A stretch of 64,000 nucleotides of DNA from Macrostomum lignano. Its lineage: Eukaryota. Positions 48,443-62,345 of this stretch are shown here, one piece after another. How positions within the stretch are numbered: position 1 is the first letter of the stretch; every line of letters begins with the position of its first letter. The notes below the pieces were generated by a model, which ran no database searches, had not been told where the DNA came from, and worked only from the letters and a program-made list of their open reading frames with translations. The DNA lies in NCBI GenBank assembly GCA_002269645.1, contig NIVC01001110.1, positions 1 to 64,000 on the forward strand. Reading direction: 5' to 3'. Both the position numbers and the translations under genes were made by a program.

Positions 48443-49384
48443 ACAGTGAGCTTTCAACAGAGTTCATATAACGGATTTTTCAAGATGCCTGAAACAATTG
48501 TTTAATAAGGGGAATTAATCAGTGCGTACTCGTACTTTGCGAACTTTGCACGTCTCAATAAGTACAGATATATTAAGAATTGGTGCTTGCTGATTGTGAG
48601 GGCCTCGTATACAAATATATTGTGGGCTGTCGCCAAACCAATCAGACACTTTTTGGTCCATCTCCCTAAAGCAACATTCAACCGGAAGTTTCCATTCCAA
48701 AAATCTGGATCTAAGACACCATGTTCCAGAGATTTCAGTTCACTGATTGTTCTGCGCAATATTCGTTCGGTTATGAGAAAGTCGTGTCTTTCCCAGATGA
48801 GCCTTCTCCACACTCCTCTCTCGGCTGGGCTGCTCACCTCTTGAGAGTTCGCACGCTCGTCCGACTCTCGAGATTGAGTCAATTGGGGTAGCGGAGATTG
48901 AGGGAGAATTTTTTTTTAAATGAGGCAAAAGCAGATAGCACGATACGCGGACCTCTTGAAGCGCGCGCGCGCCAAGCAGGCGGAAAAAGCGCTGGGGTTC
49001 CCCAGTGGACAGAGCCTCAAAGCCTTCCATCTGTTGTGGATGGGGAACTCCATGGGAAAACAAAAACTTCTTCATCTCTAACTGAAGCTTTCCAGAAGCT
49101 GCAAAGCAGAGCTCCCCCTGCTCTATCGATCCTGCGCCATTCAAGCATCCAGAGTCTGCGAGGCTCAGGCCATAGACATACAGGGGAGATCGGGGAGACT
49201 GGCAGATGGCTGCTACTCGATCTTGCCTCGTTTTTGAGACCCCTTCCTCGTCCAGAGGGCGGGGGCGGGGGCGGGGGCGGCGGTTTGCAAGATTGCGCAA
49301 CCGAAAGAGGCAGCAGCTCGCGTCTATGGAGAAAATAGTGGACACAAAAATACTGATGATATTAGGGGAGCAAGAAATTGAGAT

Positions 49385-50135
49385 GGGGAGAGGGAGAGTA
49401 TGAGATGGAGAAGGTTAGATCGGGGTAAAATAGGTGGGGTGAGATATAGAGAGAGAGAGGGGTGAGATAGAGAGAAAGGGGTGAGATAGAGAGGGAGGGA
49501 TGGTGAGATAGAGAGAGAGGGAGGGTGAGATAGAGAGGGAGGGATGGTGAGATAGAGAGGGAGGGATGGTGAGATAGAGAGGGAGGGATGGTGAGATAGA
49601 GAGGGAGGGAGGGTGAGATAGAGAGGGAGGGATGGTGAGATAGAGAGGGAGTGAGGGTGAGATAGAGAGGGAGGGAGGGTGAGATAGAGATAGAGATGGA
49701 TGAGATATTGAGGGAGAGTGGGTGAGATAGAGGGAGAGAGGGTGAGATAGAGATAGAGATGGATGAGATATTGAGGGAGAGTGGGAGATAGAGAGGGAGG
49801 GAGGGAGAGATAGAGATAGAGATGGATGAGATAGAGGGAGAGAGGGTGAGATAGAGATAGAGATGGATGAGATAGAGAGGGAGGGAGGGAGAGATAGAGA
49901 TAGAGATGGATGAGATAGAGGGAGAGAGGGTGAGAAAGAGATAGAGATGGATGAGATAGAGAGGGAGGGAGGGAGAGATAGAGATAGAAATGGATGAGAT
50001 AGAGGGAGAGAGGGTGAGATAGAGATAGAGATGGATGAGATAGAGAGGGAGGGTGAGATAGAGATAAAGATGGATGAGATATAGAGGGAGAGAGGGTGAG
50101 ATAGGGAGGGCTAGAATAGAGAGACAACAGAGACA
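49385..50135. repeat. Purine-rich (GA) low-complexity compound repeat
   Basis: Repeated GAGATAGAGAGGGAGGGATGGT and GAGATAGAGATGGAT units. Confidence 0.95.
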
Positions 50136-51324
50136 ACATTGCCATATGTTGCCAGTTGAGTAGACATGTAAATTTCACAAAAAACCAATGGGAAAGATAA
50201 CGGAGCAATGACTGAGAAGGGCGAGAGATGCAGATGAGAGAAGGCTGCTCAAATATCTATCCATTGTATTTATGGGCGTGACGGCTGTAACTGTTCATTG
50301 AACAGAAGCTCTTCAAGCCTGGAAGCTGATAAACCAGGACGATAAAACTTCAGCGGCTTAACCGTGGCAAAATGCTCACACAGATCCCCTTGTCTCCTGC
50401 GCGCTGACCAGGGCGGCCATCTGGCTTTTTTAGCGCAACGGGTCAGGTGGCGGATTGTGCAACACGACACACAGACTCTCGGAGGCTGGCTGTGATTCTG
50501 CCATTCTCCCCTTCATCAATTTATGACGCGCGGGATAGGCTGGGGGCGACTCGCCCGCCCAGCATGTCGTGTTGAAAAGTTTTTATTGGCTAATTGTAGA
50601 GTGTCCACTTTTATGGCCTCCTCGGCCGATCTCGTGTGGGCCTTTCAATAATTCTAAAATAGGAGGGAGTTTTGGTTTTAAGGAGCTTCTCCCGTTCCGC
50701 AGTCTCTGCTGATCCCATCGGGGCTCCGGTCTCTATCCCGGGTGCAGCCGGCGCCCGGAAATCTCTAACTATCGAATGCTCAATTCGAATCGCCTCAAGG
50801 GATGAGAGCAGGGTGGGGCTGCTCAGATTCTAGCGGAGTATTAACAGAAAATTAGCAATGAATCAGTTTGTTAGAAGCTGTATGGCTTAAATTAGTACTA
50901 TGCATGTGCGAATAAGTGTATAACACACATATACATAAAATATGTGCATAACACACATGTACATAACATATGTACATAACACATGTGCATAACATGTGTG
51001 GATAATACATAAACATAACACTTGTACAAAACATGTACATAACCGGGATCCAGGTGCGCATATACAGTAATAGTTAGAGAAACTGGAATCGTTACAGGTG
51101 TAGATGACACGCGATTGTAAAATCGTACAAAAAACACAATTAAGAATTCAACAATTAAAATACAAGATCAGGTACAGGAACAAGTACATACAAATTAACA
51201 TAAGTGAGTACAGATTCGGGAACTCGGGCGAAGATACATATATAAAACAGTAGAAAGTATATAAAGAAGTACAGACATAGGAACAGACACAAATATATAA
51301 AAATGCAGGCACAAGTACTGAAAT

Positions 51325-51500
51325 TGGTACAGGAACAAGTACAGATTAAAGAAGCTGGTTCAGGAACAAGTACAGATTAAAGAAGCTGGTTCAGGAACAA
51401 GTACAGATTAAAGAAGCTGGTTCAGGAACAAGTACAGATTAAGTAAACAAGTACAGGAGCAATTACAGATTAAATAAGCAAGTACAGGAACAAGTACAGC
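51325..51500. repeat. 31-bp tandem repeat, ~3 copies plus degenerate flanks
   Basis: TTCAGGAACAAGTACAGATTAAAGAAGCTGG. Confidence 0.85.
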
Positions 51501-52094
51501 TGCAGACTCGCTATCCCAACTGCAGATGCGGTCAAGCCGGTCAGTTTGTCAATCAAATGGAATCAATCAACAAAGCAGAGACCCATTGCAATCAAATATT
51601 TGATGGTCCAAATATTTCGGGACGGAAACTGATTGTCAAAAAGCTGAATTATTATTAGTAGAAAGTAGAAATCGGCGGGGTCACGTTTTCTGGGATCTGG
51701 TGTGTTGCGCCACATCCGCCGGCCGGCCAAGGTCCTTTGACAGCCCGATGTGCAGGCGCAGATCTATAATTTATCCCCTCTGTTGCGGCATGAAGGCAAA
51801 TATTTGACCTACTAGGGAATATGACTGCCAGTTTTCGAACTCAGGTAGAGAGGGGGCATGTTGGCACCGCGTCTACCCCCTGGGGGGGACACGATTTTTA
51901 TTGCTCAGCGCAGGAGACGCCAGTTTCAGCGCGTGATCAGGAACTTTAAGTCACCATATAAACGTGAATGATTCGCTATTCACACCACTCACGCGTAGAT
52001 TTCTGTGTTGCATGTGCGATTCTTTGTATCTTGAACGAGATTTTTCTGTTCCTGTTCCTGTTTTCTGATGCGTTAAAATAACCATAGACGATGC

Positions 52095-52700
52095 TGGGCC
52101 CCTAAGACACTTTTAGCGCCAATGACACACTTTTTGCGTTACCAAAACACTTTTGGCGCCACTAAGGCATTTTTTGCGCTGCTAGGACACTTTTAGCACC
52201 GCTGGGACCCTTTTGGCGCCGTTGGGACACTTTTGGCGTTACTGAGACACTTTTGGCGCCACTAAGGCATTTTTTCGCCGCTTGGACCCTTTTGGCGCCG
52301 CTTGGACCCTTTTGGCGCCGCTTGGACCCTTTTGGCGCCGCTTGGACCCTTTTGGCGCCGCTTGGACCCTTTTGGCGCCGCTTGGACCCTTTTGGCGCCG
52401 CTTGGACCCTTTTGGCGCCGCTTGGACCCTTTTGGCGCCGCTTGGACCCTTTTGGCGCCGCTTGGACCCTTTTGGCGCCGCTTGGACCCTTTTGACGCCG
52501 CTTGGACCCTTTTGGCGCCGCTTGGACCCTTTTGGCGCCGCTTGGACCCTTTTGGCGCCGCTTGGACCCTTTTGGCGCCACTAAGGCATTTTAGGCGCCA
52601 CTTGGACTCTTTTGGCTCCGCTGGGACATTTTTGGCGCCGCTGGGACACTTTTAGCGCTGCTAGGATACTTTTGGCGCCGCCACTAAGACATTGCTGCGA
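52095..52700. repeat. 20-bp minisatellite with GGCGCC core
   Basis: Unit CTTGGACCCTTTTGGCGCCG, perfect over 52271-52580 with degenerate flanks. Confidence 0.96.
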
Positions 52701-54231
52701 CACCAGCTTTGGCCGCCGTTAAGACAATTCATTAAGACAATGACGATTCTTGGCGTAACTTTTTTTAAAGACGACAACCAGGAAATATTTTGAAAATTTG
52801 TCTTTAGAAGATTGTTGCCAGGATCAGACAGCAGCCTGCGTCTCCGCTCCGTAGCGGAACTAAACAGAAGGATTCAGCCTCATAGTGAAAGTCCACCTCA
52901 TCGAGTTCAAAGCTTCTTGGCCCCTCTCAACTAACTAATTCTCACCTGCTCGCATGCCATTCCCAACCCTTCCCCCAGGGGGCAGCTCAGACTCGCGCGT
53001 GGCCCGCATCGCGCTAGTTAAATAATATGAGCTCACGGCTCAGCGCTATTATGCTGGCGCGTGTCCCAGACGCCTCATCCCGACTGCGCAACCCTGTCCA
53101 AGTACGCCCGTTTTTGCGGCAGGGGACAGTCCGAGTGATTGCGCTGGGGATGAGAATTAGAAAGATGATTTTTCATAACTCGAAGCGACGCCACCGCTAA
53201 AGCTTGCGCAACTGTGTTTTCGGGGGCCGCTATAATGGGAGAATTGGGGATCGTGGGTTCGTAGGAATTGAAGAACCAAGACTCGGCCGACACAAGACAC
53301 TCGTGCCCGCGCTGGTCAGGGCGAGGTTGCGCAGTCAAGATTCGAGCTGAGCTCCCACCGAACTTCTCCATTTTTTCTCCGAGGGGGTGGGGGGAGCTCA
53401 ATAATTGGGATCGGATGAAGCGGAGGAGGGCGCAGCGGCTTGGGTTACAGCCGGCCTCTGCTTGCACAACGGTTGCGCACCTCGATCTGACTGCTCTCTC
53501 AGCTGAGCCCCATTCGCTTATTTCCAGTGTTCTATGCGTTCCATTGAGAATCTCTTTTAACCCAATGGACACAGGCGGATCTTCAAATCCAGAATTGCCT
53601 CATCAGTATCAGCTGGACAGTCGGGCCTTATCTCTGAGCAGCCCGGCTGAATGCCTAATTGACTGGCTGTCACAACTGCCAGATTTATTCAGGACTTTGA
53701 GGAGACCAGCAAAAAATTCCTCAAAGGAAGCCTCGGATTTGGGGGGATGATCCTCGACCGCTGGCGCTTCTCCCAAATCCCAGTCGCTAACACCCAATTC
53801 CCTTTTATCTGAGCCGTTTAACGGCTGATCCATTGGCTGGTGCCTCAGCGGAGCGGGACAGCCGGACGGACAGAACAAGAAAGAAATTGAGTTTTAGAGA
53901 GGAATCGTTTTACTCAGAAATAGCCAATTCTTGGGCAGCTTTTTACCCCCACCCCCCCCACCAAATTTGTTGCTCCGAAATTGCCTGCCAAGTTTGCTAT
54001 TTTCGGGGGATCTGTGGGTTCCATGGATCTGTCGATCTGCGGCATTCGAGTGGGGATTCGAGCTATCTAACATCAAACTGGGAAATTATTGAGGCAAGAT
54101 TAGACTGCCGATCCAAGGGACATCGCATCAAGTTCCTTAGTCTGAGTGCTTGCGTTCCGTTTGAATTAATCGATTGGACCAATTTTTTCGCATTATACGA
54201 GCTACTTGCTGAATAACATCTGATTTTCTTC

Positions 54232-56285
54232 TCGTTCTCACTCACTCTCCATCCTTCTCACCCACTCTCCATCCTTCTCACTCACTCTCCATCCTTCTCA
54301 CTCACTCTCCATCCTTCTCACTCACTCTCCATCCTTCTCACTCACTCTCCATCCTTCTCACCCTCTCTCCATCCTTCTCACCCTCTCTCCATCCTTCTCA
54401 CCCACTCTCCATCCTTCTCACTCACTCTCCATCCTTCTCACTCACTCTCCATCCTTCTCACTCACTCTCCATCCTTCTCACTCACTCTCCATCCTTCTCA
54501 CCCTCTCTCCATCCTTCTCACCCACTCTCCATCCTTCTCACCCTCTCTCCATCCTTCTCACCCACTCTCCATCCTTCTCACCCTCTCTCCATCCTTCTCA
54601 CCCACTCTCCATCCTTCTCACTCACTCTCCATCCTTCTCACCCTCTCTCCATCCTTCTCACTCACTCTCCATCCTTCTCACCCACTCTCCATCCTTCTCA
54701 CCCTCTCTCCATCCTTCTCACCCTCTCTCCATCCTTCTCACCCACTCTCCATCCTTGTCACCCTCCCCTGTCCTTTCCCGTCCTTCTCATTCCCTCCCTG
54801 TCCTTCTCATTCCCTCCCTGTCCTTCTCATTCCCTCCCTGTCCTTCTCATTCTCTCCCTGTCCTTCTCATTTTCTCCCTGTCCTTCTCATTCCCTCCCTG
54901 TCCTTCTCATTCCCTCCCTGTCCTCATTCTCTCCCTGTCTTTCTCACCCTCTCACCATCCTTCTCATTCTCTCCCTGTCCTTCTCATTCTCTCCCTGTCC
55001 TTCTCATTCTCTCCCTGTCCTTCTCATTCTCTCCCTGTCCTTCTCATTTTCTCCCTGTCCTTCTCATTCCCTCCCTGTCCTCATTCTCTCCCTGTCCTTC
55101 TCATTCTCTCCCTGTCCTTCTCATTCTCTCCCTGTCCTTCTCATTCTCTCCCTGTCCTTCTCATTCTCTCCCTGTCCTTCTCATTTTCTCCCTGTCCTTC
55201 TCATTCCCTCCCTGTCCTTCTCATTCCCTCCCTGTCCTCATTCTCTCCCTGTCTTTCTCACCCTCTCACCATCCTTCTCATTCTCTCCCTGTCCTTCTCA
55301 TTCTCTCCCTGTCCTTCTCATTCTCTCCCTGTCCTTCTCATTCTCTCCCTGTCCTTCTCATTTTCTCCCTGTCCTTCTCATTCCCTCCCTGTCCTCATTC
55401 TCTCCCTGTCCTTCTCATTCTCTCCCTGTCCTTCTCATTCTCTCCCTGTCCTTCTCATTCTCTCCCTGTCCTTCTCATTCTCTCCCTGTCCTTCTCATTT
55501 TCTCCCTGTCCTTCTCATTCCCTCCCTGTCCTTCTCATTCCCTCCCTGTCCTCATTCTCTCCCTGTCCTTCTCATTCTCTCCCTGTCCTTCTCATTCTCT
55601 CCCTGTACTTCTCATTCTCTCCCTGTCCTTCTCATTCCCTCCCTGTCCTCATTCTCTCCCTGTCTTTCTCACCCTCTCACCATCCTTCTCATTTTCTCCC
55701 TGTCCTTCTCATTCTCTCCCTGTCCTTCTCATTTTCTCCCTGTCCTCATTCTACCCCTGTCCTTCTCATTCTCTCCCTGTCCTCATTCTCTCCCTGTCTT
55801 TCTCACCCTCTCACCATCCTTCTCACCCTCCCCTGTCCTTTCCCGTCCTGCTCATTCTCTCCCTGTCCTTCTCATTCTCTCCCTGTCCTTCTCATTCTCT
55901 CCCTGTCCTTCTCATTCTCTCCCTGTCCTTCTCATTCTCTCCCTGTCCTTCTCATTCTCTCCCTGTCCTTCTCATTTTCTCCCTGTCCTCATTCTCTCCC
56001 TGTCTTTCTCACCCTCTCACCATCCTTCTCACCCTCCCCTGTCCTTTCCCGTCCTGCTCATTCTCTCCCTGTCCTTCTCATTCTCTCCCTGTCCTTCTCA
56101 TTCTCTCCCTGTCCTTCTCATTCTCTCCCTGTCCTTCTCATTCTCTCCCTGTCCTTCTCATTCTCTCCCTGTCCTTCTCATTCTCTCCCTGTCCTTCTCA
56201 TTTTCTCCCTGTCCTTCTCATTCTCCCCCTGTCCTTCTCATTCTCTCCCTGTCCTTCTCATTCTCTCTCTATCCTTCTCACCCTT
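54232..56285. repeat. Two adjacent 20-bp pyrimidine minisatellites
   Basis: 54232-54765 unit CTCACTCTCCATCCTTCTCA; 54766-56285 unit TTCTCTCCCTGTCCTTCTCA. Confidence 0.97.
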
Positions 56286-58074
56286 TCGCAGAAGCCGGAA
56301 CACAGTTATCTATCAAATCAAAACCATTTTTAATTGCCAAAAAAATTCTTCCACAAAAATCCCCAATAAACCAGACGAGACGCAGACTTGCGAAACGCAA
56401 TGGCGCAACCGGCCCCATAGCATGTGCATAATTTTGGGGGTCATTGTTGCGCTGGCTGGCCTAGGTATCAACTTTCCTTGTAATGCAGTTTTTGCGCGAT
56501 TTTTTTGCTTAGCTATAATCAATTAATTAATCAGTCAATATTATATCTTCTTCTATGAAGAAATTCAATACGAGAAGAGCAAACTAAAAACGTTAAAAAA
56601 GTCTTTGCGTCCTCTCTGTGGCTGGTTGCTACTGAAATACCGTAAATTCCAAAATTTCTTCAATTTTTTTCTTTCAAGATGTACAGGCAGATTTACAATG
56701 TCGGCAACAGTCTCACCTTCGGCCCAAATATTTAACTTCAAAAGCAACAGGTGTCCAAGTGACACTTGTCGGTTCATCTTTCAATTAATAAAAATTTGTT
56801 CGCCGCTGTTGGAACTGTTCAGCTCGAAGCCACTTGACTCGAGGAGTTGGTTGTAGAAGTGACCCTACAGTCCAGTCTTCATGGTTGTGAATCGAGACTA
56901 GCTTTTAAAAGTCAGCCTAAAGTCGCTCCTCCGGGCTCTGCTTCTCAGTTCTCCCTGCCCCAGTCCAGCAAAGTCAGAGGGCGGGGCAGCTTGAAATCTT
57001 TCAATTTATTTTTCTCAAGAGCGCCGCCGCCAGAAAGCTGTCGGGACCAAAAACGCCGGGGTCGTATATAAACTCCTTGATGAATTGCGAGGAGCCACCA
57101 ACTGCGTGCGTTGGCGGCTTCAAAGGACGATGATGCAAGCTTCAAAGTGGTCTCCGCGGGGTGGCCCTTCTGTTGTAGCCCTTCCGCTTTCAAAGCCTGT
57201 GTTTGTTAGTCTGTGCTTCTGGAAGAAGACACACACCGATTTCTGCTTTGTCCAAGCCCATCCTCCGGCACGGTTGGCAGATTTCCGGCTGAGATTCAAG
57301 CGCCTTCCCCTCCTGTCGCGTCTCTGCTCGGACATTTTTACAACCCTACATGCGAAACGGTTCGCCCTCTGAAGGCCCGAGTTTTGACTTTTTATTGTCT
57401 ATAACTGGTCGACAGTCGCACCATTTTTGAGCACACATTTTCACGTCTGGCGTGCGGATCCCGTTGCGCAAGTCTCCCAGTTGCAGAGCACTCATTTAAT
57501 TCGGAGCCTCACTACCGAGCAGTTTTTTAATGCCCTTCCACCCGAAATGGCTCCCCTGCTGCCCGGTTCGCCAAAGCGCATTTTTGCCGCAATTAAAAAC
57601 AGCGCCAGGCCAGGGCGCAGTGTGCATGGCTATAAAAATCTTCTATAAAAATCTTCTACTAAAAGAGGCAATCAGCAAATTTGATGGCTAGAAATCCAAA
57701 TGGTTGCAGTCAATCTAAGAGATTGAAACTGGTCAAAAATACAAAGTTTAATCCTAACTCTCCATCCAATATTTTTTATTGCTGTTTGAGCCCAGACTCG
57801 GCCCGCAATTCAGAATTCATGAGAGATGGAGAAGAGTCTGGCAACAATGACTCTTTATCTTTCTTATCTTATCTCTCGAAGTTTGACCTGACGCACACTT
57901 TGCACGAGAACAATGCGAGCAGAAAGTTTCAACTCGATATAAACAGTCAACAATCGGGATAGATATGGAGAAGTGTTGATGCATTTTGCTTGATAAGCGA
58001 TTGTGCAAATTGGGCCCACTGAGGCCTCTGGAAATTGGTTAGCGATAAAAAATGGACATTGAATCTAGATAGGA

Positions 58075-58310
58075 GATTGATTAGAGATAGACTGGAGATT
58101 AGATTAGAGGTAGATTAGATAGATATAGATTAAAGATAGATCGGAAATAGATTAAAGATAGATCGGAAATAGATTAAAGATAGATCGGAGATAGATCGGA
58201 GATAGATCGGAGATAGATCGGAGATAGATCGGAGATAGATCGGAGATAGATCGGAGATAGATCGGAGATAGATCGGAGATGGATCAGAGATAGATCGGAG
58301 GTAGGTCGGA
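58075..58310. repeat. 11-bp minisatellite
   Basis: Unit GATAGATCGGA. Confidence 0.93.
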
Positions 58311-59189
58311 GAACAGATTTGAAAATAGAAAATTTTGGTGAGAATGGACAGAATCTTCTTGAGTGGAGATGAAGACAAACTATAGAAGCAAAATGAAAGA
58401 ACAAGGTACATTTAAACCTTTAAACATAATCATTTTGATGATTCCAATCAAAGCAGACTCACTCAACACTTTTAAAGCCGTCTATCGCAGTAAATGTGAC
58501 GAACATTTCCTGCCAATCTCAATAATTGTTTATAATATTTCAAGAGATTGTTTCAAAAGTTCCAAGAAGTCACGCGGCCCCAGCCTCCCCTGAAACACCT
58601 GTTCCCCTGTTCCCCCCTAGGCGGCAAAGGGCCGCTCTCTGATTTGACTTCAGTTACAGGCAGAAAGGAGGTCTTATCAGATGCGCAGAAGCAGCTTCCA
58701 CATGCGAGCGCGAAGTTTTCAATTGCATAATGACTGGTCAGTGTATAAACATTGAATATTGCGAACAGTTCAGAGCAACAGGCCTTATAGCAGTCAAACA
58801 AAGAGCGGCAAGACAGGGTTCAGTTGAAGCAAGTTGTCGCCAAACTGTTTGTCCCGCGGCCTGTGAGCTGCGGTCTCGGTAAATCATCTCTCTGCTAAAT
58901 CGGTGCTACAACCATTGCGTCACAACTGCCCGAGCTGGTCAGCGTGGAGGCTTGCATCTGTCGCAAAAGTCGCGAGTGACCAACAAAGATTTTTATCGTT
59001 AAACTATTGCTTTTATAGAGGGAAATTATATTTTTAGATCGGGCAGTTCCATCATCTAGCAGCAGAAGCTGGCGAGGAAGTTGCTTGATGAATGTACTTA
59101 GTGGCATGCTCCATCAACGTTTAATGATTCATATAGAGGTGGTAGAACCCTGCTTCCAGATCTCACTACCTCAGTGTAGCACTATCATC

Positions 59190-59845
59190 CACCCTTCATC
59201 CGCTCTCTCATCCGCTCTCTCATCCGCTCTCTCATCCGCTCTCTCATCCGCTCTCTCACCTGCTCTCTCACCTGCTCTCTCATCTGCTCTCTCATCCGCT
59301 CTCTCACCTGCTCTCTCATCCGCTCTCTCATCCGCTCTCTCATCCGCTCTCTCATCCGCTCTCTCATCCGCTCTCTCACCTGCTCTCTCATCTGCTCTCT
59401 CATCCGCTCTCTCATCCGCTCTCTCATCCACTCTCTCATCCGCTCTCTCACCTGCTCCCTCATCCGCTCTCTCATCCGCTCTCTCACCTGCTCTCTCACC
59501 TGCTCTCTCATCTGCTCTCTCATCCGCTCTCTCATCCGCTCTCTCATCCGCTCTCTCATCCGCTCTCTCATCCGCTCTCTCATCCGCTCTCTCATCCGCT
59601 CTCTCACCTGCTCCCTCATCCGCTCTCTCATCCGCTCCCTCATCCGCTCTCTCATCCGCTCTCTCACCTGTTCTCTCATCCGCTCCCTCATCCGCTCTCT
59701 CATCCGCTCTCTCACCTGCTCTCTCATCCGCTCTCTCATCCGCTCTCTCATCCGCTCTCTCACCTGCTCTCTCATCCGCTCTCTCATCCGCTCTATCATC
59801 CGCTGTCTCATACGCTCTCTCATCCGCTGTCTCATCCGCTCTCAT
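59190..59845. repeat. 12-bp minisatellite
   Basis: Unit TCCGCTCTCTCA with CCTGCTCTCTCA variants. Confidence 0.97.
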
Positions 59846-60744
59846 ATTCACTCAGGGCTCAGTCTCAGCCTAAGCAAGGCGCATTCAATCATCAAATAGA
59901 TTTTGGAGCTTAAAAACTCTTTCAAAATTCCAGCACCGCGGATTAACAAAAGCTGTTTAAATGTTTAAGAATTTAGCATCGAGCGCAGGTGCGCAGCGAA
60001 CATGGCTGCAGCATAGATTTTCATTTCGAAGACGCACAAAATGTTAATAAATAGTTTAAAAATTGCATCCCCTTACAATCCCTTTAATTCCAGTGATTTG
60101 TTCTCAACTCAACGGGCGGCACACGACCTCAGAAATTGCGTCACCATTGCAAATCTTCGGCTCGAAGTCCTCTCCATCCTGTCATTTTACTTCCTCTAAG
60201 TCTTTGTTTCAATCTTTGTATTTATGGTGTTCAACTTTGATTAAAAACTACTCTCTCACTCTTAGCTGAGGTCAAAGAGCTGGACCCCCCGCAGTTCCGG
60301 GGGTCAAAGCCGAGACTCCGAAAAATTTGAGACAATCATTATTTTGTCTCTGTTGCCATCCTCCTGTGAAATCACGCCATAAATTTTTGTTAATATTTTA
60401 GCCACTGCCTAACCAACTAAATATAGTAGATGGAGTATTGTCGGCACAACATCGATTGAGACGTGTAATTTTATCAATTTTGCCGCATCCTCAGCCTGCC
60501 ACCTGTCTCGCCATGACGGCTGGGATTCCCGGGCGCACACTTGCGCAACATTTTTTCTCCCAACGAATCCGAGTTGCGTAGCGTTACGAGTTTGGGTTGG
60601 TCTTCTTTTAGAAGAGAAACAGAGAGAGAAATGATCGCCACTGAAACAGAAGCATCGATTTGGAGACCAGCATGAGAGCAAGTTGATTTTTAATCATCTT
60701 CCAGAGTACGGGGGACAAAGAAGGTCAAAATAGAGCAGAGATAG

Positions 60745-62345
60745 ATGTTGGGTCAGGAGACTGGGTCAGGAGATATTGTGGGTCAGGATCGGAGAATGTG
60801 GGTCAGGATCGGAGACTGTGGGTCAGGATCGGAGAATGTGGGTCAGGATCGGAGAATATGGGTCAGTTTCGGAGAATGTGGGTCAGGATCGGAGAATGTG
60901 GGTCAGGATCGGAGAATGTGGGTCAGGATCGGAGAATGTGGGTCAGGATCGGAGAATGTTGGTCAGGATCGGAGGATGTGGGTCAGGATCGGAGGTTGTG
61001 GGTCAGGATCGGAGAATGAGGGTCAGGATCGGAGAATGTAGGTCAGTTTCGGAGAATGTGGGTCAGGATCGGAGAATGTGGGTCAGTATCGGAGAATGTG
61101 AGTCAGGATCAGAGAATGTGGGTCAGGATCGGAGAATGTGGGTCAGGATCGGAGAATGTAGATCAGGATCGGAGACTGTGGGTCAGGATTGGAGCTGAAT
61201 GTGGGTCAGGATCGGAGAATGTGGGTCAGGATCGGAGAATGTGGGTCAGGATCGGAGAATGTGGGTCAGGATCGGAGAATGTTGGTCAGGATCGGAGGAT
61301 GTGGGTCAGGATCGGAGGTTGTGGGTCAGGATCGGAGAATGAGGGTCAGGATCGGAGAATGTAGGTCAGTTTCGGAGAATGAGGGTCAGGATCGGAGAAT
61401 GTGGGTCAGTATCGGAGAATGTGGGTCAGGATCGGAGAATGTGAGTCAGGATCAGAGAATGTGGGTCAGGATCGGAGAATGTGGGTCAGGATCGGAGAAT
61501 GTAGATCAGGATCGGAGACTGTGGGTCAGGATTGGAGCTGAATGTGGGTCAGGATCGGAGAATGTGGGTCAGGATCGGAGAATGTGGGTCAGGATCGAGG
61601 AATATGGGTCAGGATCAGAGAATGTGGGTCAGGATCGGAGAATGTGGGTCAGGATCGGAGAATGTGGGTCAGGATCGGAGAATATGGGTCAGGATCAGAG
61701 AATATGGGTCAGTTTCGGAGAATGTGGGTCAGGATCGGAGAATGTGGGTCAGGATCGGAGAATGTGGGTCAGGATCGGAGAATGTGAGTCAGGATCGGAG
61801 AATGTTGGTCAGGATCGGAGGATGTGGGTCAGGATCGGAGGTTGTGGGTCAGGATCGGAGAATGAGGGTCAGGATCGGAGAATGTAGGTCAGTTTCGGAG
61901 AATGTGGGTCAGGATCGGAGAATGTGGGTCAGTATCGGAGAATGTGAGTCAGGATCAGAGAATGTGGGTCAGGATCGGAGAATGTGGGTCAGGATCGGAG
62001 AATGTAGATCAGGATCGGAGACTGTGGGTCAGGATTGGAGCTGAATGTGGGTCAGGATCGGAGAATGTGGGTCAGGATCGGAGAATGTGGGTCAGGATCA
62101 GAGAATGTGGGTCAGGATCGGAGAATGTGGGTCAGGATCGGAGAATGTGAGTCAGGATCAGAGAATGTGGGTCAGGATCGGAGAATGTGGGTCAGGATCG
62201 GAGAATGTGGGTCAGGATCGGAGAATGTGGGTCAGGATCGGAGAATGTGGGTCAGGATCGGAGAATGTGGGTCAGGATCGAGGAATGTAGGTCAGGATCA
62301 GAGAATGAGGGTCCAGAATCGGAGAATATGGGTCCAGAATCGGAG
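60745..62345. repeat. 20-bp minisatellite with higher-order blocks
   Basis: Unit GTGGGTCAGGATCGGAGAAT; the marker variant GGATTGGAGCTGAAT recurs at ~61191, 61534 and 62037. Confidence 0.98.

Noticed and set aside
58900-59170. DIRS-like RT/RNase H motifs (DLEAGFYHL, FATDASL) on minus
   Set aside because: The motifs are only ~60 codons apart, intervening RT motifs are missing and the frame has many stops; likely chance.
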